A stretch of DNA of 34,353 nt from Candidatus Hydrogenedentota bacterium (GTDB lineage: Bacteria; Hydrogenedentota; Hydrogenedentia; Hydrogenedentales; SLHB01): positions 1-34,353 of the forward strand of contig BTVY01000059.1 of NCBI GenBank assembly GCA_045863335.1, in the 5' to 3' direction. The notes below the pieces were generated by a model, which was not told the DNA's origin, made no database searches, and saw only the letters and a list, made by a program, of their open reading frames with translations. This document shows positions 27,811 through 34,353 of the stretch, piece by piece. The first letter of the stretch is position 1. Each line of letters begins with the position of its first letter. Position numbers and translations under genes: made by a program.

Positions 27811-28329
27811 TTATTCGACGCCGGAGACGAACGCGTCGAGCCGCTGCTGGATCAAGTCCGCAATGGTTTCGATCTTGTTGTCCACGTCGGGATTCAAGGC
27901 CTGTAGCGCGCCGAGGATACCGCGAGCCTCTTCAATCCCTTGGCCGATCGCGCCGCCGATAAACTCGGCAAACTGCTGGCGCGCCTCATTCTCGCCGAGT
28001 TCGGAATGCTGCTCGCGATAGACGTCGAAGAAACCCAGGGCGAAGTCCGCGATACGGCCGGCGGTGGCCTCGGGGGAGATGTCCAGGACGGAGCCTTCCG
28101 GGATTCCAAGTTCCGCGCGCGCCTCGTTCACCACCGAAAGCAGCTTGTTCAACGACCGTTCCGTGACGATGTTGATGGCATCTTCTGTAGATAGCGGGCC
28201 GCTCTGGCCGAGGTCCAGGCTGTCGCGGACCAGTGCCGTCGCCGATTCCTGGTTTTGGCGGAAGCTGAGTTGCGTGGATTGATACTGGGCGAAGAGATTC
28301 GTTTGCACGGAGGAAATTGTTGCAGCCAT
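27811..28329 (-). CDS. DUF5610-like hypothetical protein
   Basis: SPEATAGRIADFALGFF..F..FI.GAI.QG.EEARGIL pattern recalled from DUF5610 (not searched); RBS GAGGG before ATG 28329. Confidence 0.75.
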   Translation of the reverse strand: MAATISSVQTNLFAQYQSTQLSFRQNQESATALVRDSLDLGQSGPLSTEDAINIVTERSLNKLLSVVNEARAELGIPEGSVLDISPEATAGRIADFALGFFDVYREQHSELGENEARQQFAEFIGGAIGQGIEEARGILGALQALNPDVDNKIETIADLIQQRLDAFVSGVE

Positions 28330-28389
28330 TCGGTTTACCCTCTCAAGTCGACGCCGGCGCCACGGCGTTTCCGCATGTCCCAAACCCAT

Positions 28390-28416
28390 TTATCGGCATT
28401 TGCGGTGGAATCTTTA
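28390..28416 (-). promoter_or_regulatory. Sigma28 (FliA/SigD) promoter
   Basis: Exact TAAA-N15-GCCGATAA on the minus strand, 60 nt upstream of ATG 28329. Confidence 0.88.
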
Positions 28417-28685
28417 GGGGTGCTGGCAGAATTCTCAGGGTGGTGGGTTTCGCCGGAGCGAAGGACAGCACCTTCGGCTCCATTCGTCGCGATCGGGATC
28501 GAAGTGGGAAGCGCAATACGCTTTCGATACCGATATCGGTAGCGATTAAAGACGGAGTATTGAATGCAATTTCTCGGCAGGCAACCCGCGGGGACGGTGA
28601 GGGATATATAGTTCCGTACGCCGGCGAAGAATGGACAGCAATCTACCACACTGTATCGCGGTATCCGCGGAAGGAGTGTATCGCC

Positions 28686-29228
28686 ATGCGTTTCGCCCAG
28701 CCCCTGCTTGTACTGTTGGTTGCTATTGCGATCCTTGGAATGTTTCCCGCAGGCTGTGCGCGGAAGTCCAACGTGAATCCCATCTTCACGGCAGACGCTC
28801 TCCAACAGGGTCAGCAGCAAAGCGGAAGTGGAGGAGACATCGGTACACGCTATCCGGGCGAATCAAGCTCTATGGATAGCCTCGGAATTCAGTGGCCGCG
28901 CGCGCCATACGATCCGGTGTACTTTGCCTACGACAGCTACGCGCTTTCCCAGGATACGCTGACCACGCTCAGCGGTTACGCGCCGCAGATGCAGTCGGAC
29001 GGGTCGCGGGTACTCATTGAGGGGCATTGCGACGAGCGCGGCACCGCAGAATACAACTTGACGCTTGGCGAACACCGCGCGCAGGCCGTCAAGGCTCATC
29101 TGGTGCGTCTCGGTGTGGAGCCCGGCATTCTCACGACGATCAGCTATGGCGAAGAGTTGCCGGCGGACCCTGGACACGACGAGCAGGCCTGGAGCCGTAA
29201 TCGTCGCGTGGAGTTCGGGAAGAACTAG
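28686..29228 (+). CDS. pal: Peptidoglycan-associated lipoprotein (Pal/OmpA family)
   Basis: RBS AAGGAG, lipobox PAGC, YFAYDS, GHCDERGTAEYNLTLGEHRA, ISYGEELP, NRRVE. Confidence 0.88.
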   Translation: MRFAQPLLVLLVAIAILGMFPAGCARKSNVNPIFTADALQQGQQQSGSGGDIGTRYPGESSSMDSLGIQWPRAPYDPVYFAYDSYALSQDTLTTLSGYAPQMQSDGSRVLIEGHCDERGTAEYNLTLGEHRAQAVKAHLVRLGVEPGILTTISYGEELPADPGHDEQAWSRNRRVEFGKN

Positions 29229-29418
29229 CGCCGTTGAACCGAGGCCTGCGCCTGGAAATTGGGGCTGGGTCTGCCGGTTCCAGCATCGAGACGATGTCAG
29301 CCACAACGGCGGTCATGATCGGAGAACCGGTACCGATTTCAAATCTGAGATCTCAGAATTGGAAAATGCGATACCAAGACGCTTGCCCTCGAGCCGGTGT
29401 GCACTTAGCCGGGGACTT

Positions 29419-29532
29419 CGATTACGATAGCGATACCGATTACGATAGCGATGGCGATACCGATGGCGATACCGATGGCGATACCGATGGCGATACCGAT
29501 AGCGATACCGATAGCGATACCGATACCGATAG
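29419..29532. repeat. Hexamer tandem repeat CGATNN (mostly CGATAC/CGATAG/CGATGG), 19 copies
   Basis: Read directly from the sequence; intergenic, ending 35 nt before ATG 29568. Confidence 0.92.
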
Positions 29533-29567
29533 CGTCGCGTCAGGATTTATGAAGGGGGAACCGTCCT

Positions 29568-30683
29568 ATGCTCCGAAGCTTCCGCATTACATGGTTGTTG
29601 GCGATCGTTGGCAGTTTAGTAGTGCTTGTTGCTGCGCCGGTGCCGGCCGGCGCCGAGACCTTGGGGCCCGCGCCGGAAGGGACGTTTACATTCGCGGTGA
29701 TTCCTGATACGCAGCGGTATCTGGGTCCGGGTTCGGGGCGGGAGGATGAGAGCGGGGAACCCAGTAACCCCGCGTTTGATTCGCGCACGACGTGGCTGGC
29801 GTCCAACCTCGAAGCCCAGCGCGTCGTGTTTGTCACGCATACGGGAGACATCGTCGACCGGCTCAATGACTTCCAGTGGCAGATCGCCCGCGAGAATATG
29901 GATCGCATTCATGGCAAGGTTCCGTACGGGATCGTCGTCGGGAATCATGACATGGAGCGGGAGTCGGGCGACTCTTCGCTGTTCCAGAAGTATTTCGGCG
30001 CGGAACGGTACGAGGGCGAGCCGTGGTATGCGGGGACGTACGCGGGCCTTCCGGATTTGGCTCCGGCCGTTTCTGGAAACAACGCTAACAGCTATCAATT
30101 GTTCTCCGCGGAGGGGTTGGACTTCGTCATTGTGCACGTGGAGTGCAACGCGCCGGACAACGTGCTCGCGTGGGTGGACGGGGTGCTGGACGAACATCGC
30201 GACCGAATGGCCATCATCGCGACGCACATGTATCTCGGCGGCATACCGCGAAAGGGGATCGACGTGCCGCAGGGGCGCATGGAATGGAAGAAGGTCCACG
30301 GCGAACGCGGCAACACGCCGCAGCAACTGTGGGATAAGTGTTTCCGGAATCATCCGAACGTGTTTCTCATCGTCTGCGGCGACCAGTCCATATCCATCAC
30401 GCACCACCAGACCAGCCTCGGCAAGAACCTGAACCCCGTGCACGAGGTGCTTACGGACTATCCGCGCGACAGGGATGAATCGGATTGGGTGCGCTTGTTC
30501 CGCTTTGTTCCTGGCGAGCACAAGATCCAGGTTTGGACGTACAGCCCGGCGCAGGACGCGCTGTGCGAGCAGGCGGGGCATATCGCGGGACTCCGGTATC
30601 ACCAGTTTGATTTGGATATCGCGAAGGCGATTGCTTTCCACCGCGCGCAGAACGAAGTGGCGACATCTGGTGGAACACCCTGA
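29568..30683 (+). CDS. Secreted calcineurin-like metallophosphoesterase
   Basis: Signal peptide, PDTQ, TGDIVD, GNHD, ATH; last motif reads GDQS instead of GHxH. Confidence 0.88.
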   Translation: MLRSFRITWLLAIVGSLVVLVAAPVPAGAETLGPAPEGTFTFAVIPDTQRYLGPGSGREDESGEPSNPAFDSRTTWLASNLEAQRVVFVTHTGDIVDRLNDFQWQIARENMDRIHGKVPYGIVVGNHDMERESGDSSLFQKYFGAERYEGEPWYAGTYAGLPDLAPAVSGNNANSYQLFSAEGLDFVIVHVECNAPDNVLAWVDGVLDEHRDRMAIIATHMYLGGIPRKGIDVPQGRMEWKKVHGERGNTPQQLWDKCFRNHPNVFLIVCGDQSISITHHQTSLGKNLNPVHEVLTDYPRDRDESDWVRLFRFVPGEHKIQVWTYSPAQDALCEQAGHIAGLRYHQFDLDIAKAIAFHRAQNEVATSGGTP

Positions 30684-30729
30684 GAAGGGCAGGGAGGAGC
30701 CTGCTCAGAGCCGAACTGGCATGTCTCCG

Positions 30730-32916
30730 CTACTCGGTTGCCGTGATCTCGTTCCAAACAACGGTCGAGCGCCCGGCCAGGTCAGTCGTCGCCGCACGGA
30801 GGCGATAGGTACCGGGAGCGTCGATGCGGATCTCGGCATTCACCTCATAGTTACGGCCGGGGTCCACCGTAACGGTTCCCGGCACGATGGCGGGCACGCG
30901 GCAGGTGTAATCTTCTTCTTCAGGCCCGTAGAGTTCCCACGCCACCACCTGATTGTGATGGACGCCTTTCGCGTCCGGTTCGCGCGAGTAATATACCGGT
31001 GCGGAGCCTTCCTGCACTTGGGCCGTAACGGTGATGGAGAACGGCGCCTTCCCGCTTGCGGTCGATAGCGCCAGGGAGAGTTGGGGGGACGCACCTTCCG
31101 GACGTTCCGGTATGCGCGGCCCGTCCAGTACGGACCGGGACGTTCCATCGATGATTTCCACTTTGCCGTCTTCACGCACACGCACAATCTCCCGATACCC
31201 GTCGGTCGAGATCGCGGGGAGATCCCAGAGCAGATCGAAGGCAATGCCCAGGCGCAGGTAACGTTCGATCTCCGTGAAGGCGTTTCCCATGACCGTCCGG
31301 TAGGCGACGCCTTTCGAATTGCGCCGCTCGAGATTCAGCTCGGTAATCCCCCAGAGGATGCCTTTCCCCATGTAGACGTGCCCCAGGTTGTATCCCGGCG
31401 GAATCAGGATCACGACTTCGGCGGCGTTGCGTAGCCGTTCCAGATCGCGGTTGGGGTATTGTCTCGCGTGCTCACGGAGTACGCGGGTCAGTGCGAGTAC
31501 TTCACTGAAGGGTACGCAGGCCAGGCGTGCGTTGTCCCAGTAGAAGAACCGTGTCGCGCCCAAGTCGTAGGCACGGGTCAGAAATGCCGGGGACTCCCCG
31601 CGTTCCACGCTGCCGTAGATGCTGATGCCCCATTCCTTATCGCTCGCCCGGGCTGCGCCCCGCAAGAATCCGATGATGATGTCGATGAAGTGATCCGAAC
31701 CGGTCACGGGGATCTGGCAGCCGTAACTCATGTTCATGTCGGGCAGCAGGCGTCGCGTGCCCACATGTCCTGGAGGCTCAAAGACGATCGCATCCGGCGT
31801 ATCGGGATGGAAAAGCAGTTGGTGCGCGGCCGAACTGATCATCGTCTCCCAACTGTAGACGTTCGTCTGATCGAAGGACATTGATCCCAGGTCGAGGTCT
31901 TCGCGCGCAGCAAGGCCCCGGATGAGTTCCGTGGGGGTGCCGGTCTCGATGACCTCCGCGTAGTGGGTTTTGAATGCATCCAGCGCAACGGCGGGGCTAA
32001 TGGACTTGCGGAATAGGGGGTCTTCGGCCAACCGCGGCCGGAGGATGTGGTCGCGTGTGACGACCGCGGGTTCATTCAGGAACAACGCGGGGCCGATGTA
32101 GAGGGGGTTGTAGAGATCATCGGGGAAGACGATGTCCTTGCCCCCGACTCCCCAATAGAAAACACCGGCTTCTTTCGGCCATTCCAGATTGTCTGGCGGG
32201 GCGTTGAAACAGTTCAGGCCCGCGTCGATCATGGCCGCGTAGTCGTCAGGTGTCAGCGGGATATACTCGTATTCCGAATCGTCGTACCGGCGCGTTTCGT
32301 CGGCTTGGCGCGTGTTGTGGGGAAGCCCCGTGAGCACGTCGGGACGCAAGGTGACCAACTTCACATCGACCGGTGGCGCTGTGGGCTCTTCCATCGCTCG
32401 GGAACTGCGAACGTACCGGTGACCGAGGTATTCGATCGACGGGGGAAACAGATCGTCAGGGTTTGGTGAATCCGACGAGGCGAACGGACGGGGGAGAAGA
32501 TAGGGCCAGGCTCCACTGGTGGGGAGGAGTGCGCGTGTAGTCAACCGATGGCGGTATTCCACGGGCGGGTCGTCGCCGGATTGCAGAACATAGCGGAGTG
32601 CGGATGCCTGGGCCGATTTCAGGTCGCTGGATGGCCACTCTTCACTCAGTAACCACAGCCGGAACTGGCTCCCCTTTGCCGTGGCCGCGTCGAGATGAAG
32701 CCATTGCCCCTTCGCGTTGTTCCACGCCTCCACTGAGCCCAGGGCTACCGTCAGCTCGATGACGTTGGCGGGTTTGGCTGAATCGGATTGTTCGAGGGCG
32801 TATGTTGCGATCAGGCCCGGCGGTCCGATTGGGGGATCGGATTGCGCGATGCCGCGTTCGGCGCCGGTACCGATTATCGCCGCAAGTATGAGCAGTCGCG
32901 TAACGTTGTTCATCAT
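30730..32916 (-). CDS. Large secreted hypothetical protein (possible glycoside-hydrolase-like TIM barrel with C-terminal Ig-like domain)
   Basis: RBS GGAG before ATG 32916, signal peptide, FLNEP motif, beta-rich C-terminus (PGTYRLRAATTDLAGR). Confidence 0.75.
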   Translation of the reverse strand: MMNNVTRLLILAAIIGTGAERGIAQSDPPIGPPGLIATYALEQSDSAKPANVIELTVALGSVEAWNNAKGQWLHLDAATAKGSQFRLWLLSEEWPSSDLKSAQASALRYVLQSGDDPPVEYRHRLTTRALLPTSGAWPYLLPRPFASSDSPNPDDLFPPSIEYLGHRYVRSSRAMEEPTAPPVDVKLVTLRPDVLTGLPHNTRQADETRRYDDSEYEYIPLTPDDYAAMIDAGLNCFNAPPDNLEWPKEAGVFYWGVGGKDIVFPDDLYNPLYIGPALFLNEPAVVTRDHILRPRLAEDPLFRKSISPAVALDAFKTHYAEVIETGTPTELIRGLAAREDLDLGSMSFDQTNVYSWETMISSAAHQLLFHPDTPDAIVFEPPGHVGTRRLLPDMNMSYGCQIPVTGSDHFIDIIIGFLRGAARASDKEWGISIYGSVERGESPAFLTRAYDLGATRFFYWDNARLACVPFSEVLALTRVLREHARQYPNRDLERLRNAAEVVILIPPGYNLGHVYMGKGILWGITELNLERRNSKGVAYRTVMGNAFTEIERYLRLGIAFDLLWDLPAISTDGYREIVRVREDGKVEIIDGTSRSVLDGPRIPERPEGASPQLSLALSTASGKAPFSITVTAQVQEGSAPVYYSREPDAKGVHHNQVVAWELYGPEEEDYTCRVPAIVPGTVTVDPGRNYEVNAEIRIDAPGTYRLRAATTDLAGRSTVVWNEITATE

Positions 32917-33002
32917 TCTACTCCAGACCATCTTGAATGGACATGGCATTGAAGTGTCCACTCGGTTGCCGCTTTGTGGCTATTGGTTCCGGAAACCCCT
33001 GG

Positions 33003-34136
33003 TCACAACAGCAAGCCCAAGATTACCTGGGCGTACAGGCGGTGGCCGAAATCGTTGGGGTGGTTCACGCCGTTGCCGGTGAAGGAGGTGAAGGGCTTGT
33101 ATTTCAGCAATTCCTGCCAGACCGATGTTACGTCGGCGACGGCGATGCCTTCGCCGGTGAGTTCCAGCAGTCCTTCGCGATAGGCTTCGTAATGTTCGGT
33201 CGACGTTGCGGTCCATTCGGGATTGCCGGTCATGGTGGCCACGAAGATGAACTCGGCGTTGGGGTTCGCGGCGCGGATGGCGTCCATGATGGCGGTATTG
33301 TTCGCGATGTAGGTTTCCCGCTCGACGCGGCCGGAGGCGTCGTTCATGCCGAAGGCGATAATCGCCAGATCCGGCTTGGCTTTTGCCACTTCGGGGGCCA
33401 CTTCGACGCCCCAGCCGGTCGCTTTGCCGCCGACGGAAAAGTTCTTGAAGGTGACAGGGCATCCGAACTGTTGGCGCAAGCGTTCCGAAACCAGCCAGCC
33501 GAAGTACGGCATGAAAGGGGGCGCGCTGACGAAACCCGAGGCGTTGCCGCCGGTGGCGATGCTGTCGCCGAGCAATACGATGGTGAGGGGCTGGCCGGAC
33601 TGGATCTTCTCGCGCGTGCGGGGCAACTCGTTTACCGCTGGCTCGGGGACGTACGCGCCGCGTTTTTCCCAGAGTCCCGGCTCGTGGGTGTAGGTAACCT
33701 CGACTTGTTGGTCGTGGTAGAAGTGGCCTTCGCCGAACAGCATGTGCCGGTCGCTGTCCCGTTTTGCAGGATAGGAATTCTCCGCGCCGGCCGGAGGGTA
33801 CATCTCGTCACGCGTGCGGTAGAAGATGCGGGAGCCCTCGGGCAGCAGCAGCTTTGCGCCGTCTTCACTGAGGACATAGTCCGGGCCTTCCGAATACACC
33901 ATCCCCGAGTTGGGTTGAATCACGGCGAGGATCTTCGACGCCGGAAAGAGGAGGGGTGATTCCGGGCGCGAATCCGCGTTCTCCTGAATGAAGAACAAGC
34001 TTTCGCCGTGGAGTGTGTCGCCCGCCCAGAGGGGAGCGGTCCATTGTTCGATGAGATTCACGTCCGAATTCGCTCCCTGCGCGATGACCGCTGCGCCGAT
34101 GATGACTGTTGACAGCAATATAAGGTGTATCCGCAT
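33003..34136 (-). CDS. Secreted SGNH/GDSL hydrolase
   Basis: Block I LLGDSI, block II VGG, block III FGMND, block V NGVNHPN; RBS AAGGA; signal peptide. Confidence 0.9.
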   Translation of the reverse strand: MRIHLILLSTVIIGAAVIAQGANSDVNLIEQWTAPLWAGDTLHGESLFFIQENADSRPESPLLFPASKILAVIQPNSGMVYSEGPDYVLSEDGAKLLLPEGSRIFYRTRDEMYPPAGAENSYPAKRDSDRHMLFGEGHFYHDQQVEVTYTHEPGLWEKRGAYVPEPAVNELPRTREKIQSGQPLTIVLLGDSIATGGNASGFVSAPPFMPYFGWLVSERLRQQFGCPVTFKNFSVGGKATGWGVEVAPEVAKAKPDLAIIAFGMNDASGRVERETYIANNTAIMDAIRAANPNAEFIFVATMTGNPEWTATSTEHYEAYREGLLELTGEGIAVADVTSVWQELLKYKPFTSFTGNGVNHPNDFGHRLYAQVILGLLL

Positions 34137-34255
34137 AATGTCTATCCTTCTCTTCTGGATCTCCGACCGTATCGATCATAAGAAATTCTCGCACCTGAAT
34201 AGTAGATATTTCTGAAACAAGAGGGATCGCGATAGACCTTGTGCCCGCAGGGGTT

Positions 34256-34353
34256 CTGCCGCCCCCGTTCGGGGGCTATGTGACTGGGGTGACTGCCGGA
34301 CCCAGGGTTCCGCTCGTGCCTCGCTCCACCCTGGGCTACAATCCTCCGCCCCT
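34256..34353. repeat. Composite REP-like element, truncated by the window end
   Basis: Hairpins GCCCCC-GTTC-GGGGGC (34261-34276) and CCCAGGGT..ACCCTGGG (34301-34335); CCGCCCC recurs at the window end. Confidence 0.65.

Noticed and set aside
28317-28685. 123-aa N-terminal extension of Pal
   Set aside because: The lipoprotein signal and AAGGAG RBS define ATG 28686; the extension overlaps the divergent sigma28 promoter
29234-29707. ORF with a DTDGD/DSD repeat (adhesin-like)
   Set aside because: It is a translation of the intergenic hexamer array, has no signal peptide, and overlaps the phosphoesterase start out of frame
1739-33959. Long antisense ORFs (e.g. 1739-2788, 3621-4343, 6873-7745, 18999-20231, 22582-23475, 23223-24113, 29616-30641, 32937-33959)
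   Set aside because: They mirror well-supported genes on the opposite strand, as expected in GC-rich DNA, and show no motifs

Overview
GC-rich bacterial chromosomal window with about 22 credible protein genes and one tRNA-Leu(CAG). I see no transposase, integrase, prophage or CRISPR-cas locus. In order: a Ski2/Hel308-like SF2 helicase fused to an OmpR-type winged helix; a small zinc-ribbon gene; an OmpA-family lipoprotein; a CxxCH protein; an FG-GAP/PL11-like propeller; a helical-repeat protein; a second small zinc-ribbon gene; a Tat-signal sulfatase; three hybrid histidine kinases; a Fur/PerR regulator; a URO-D/MtaA-family protein; two paralogous secreted proteins of unknown domain flanking a membrane protein; an AI-2E transporter overlapping the tRNA; a DUF5610-like gene; a Pal-like lipoprotein; a metallophosphoesterase; a large secreted hypothetical; and an SGNH hydrolase. 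Intergenic regions hold many repeats: 6-, 7-, 9- and 37-bp tandem arrays and several REP-like hairpin families. The strongest leads are (1) the helicase-wHTH fusion with altered motifs, whose near-consensus sigma70 promoter has an SOS-box-like palindrome filling the spacer; (2) two apparently homologous tiny CxxC..RCPxCG-x8-LADI proteins; (3) a perfect sigma28 promoter on the DUF5610-like gene; (4) two apparently leaderless genes; (5) an 18x GGA array resembling a CsrA sponge; (6) a spacerless 37-bp hairpin array. All family calls come from reading motifs by eye; no database searches were run.
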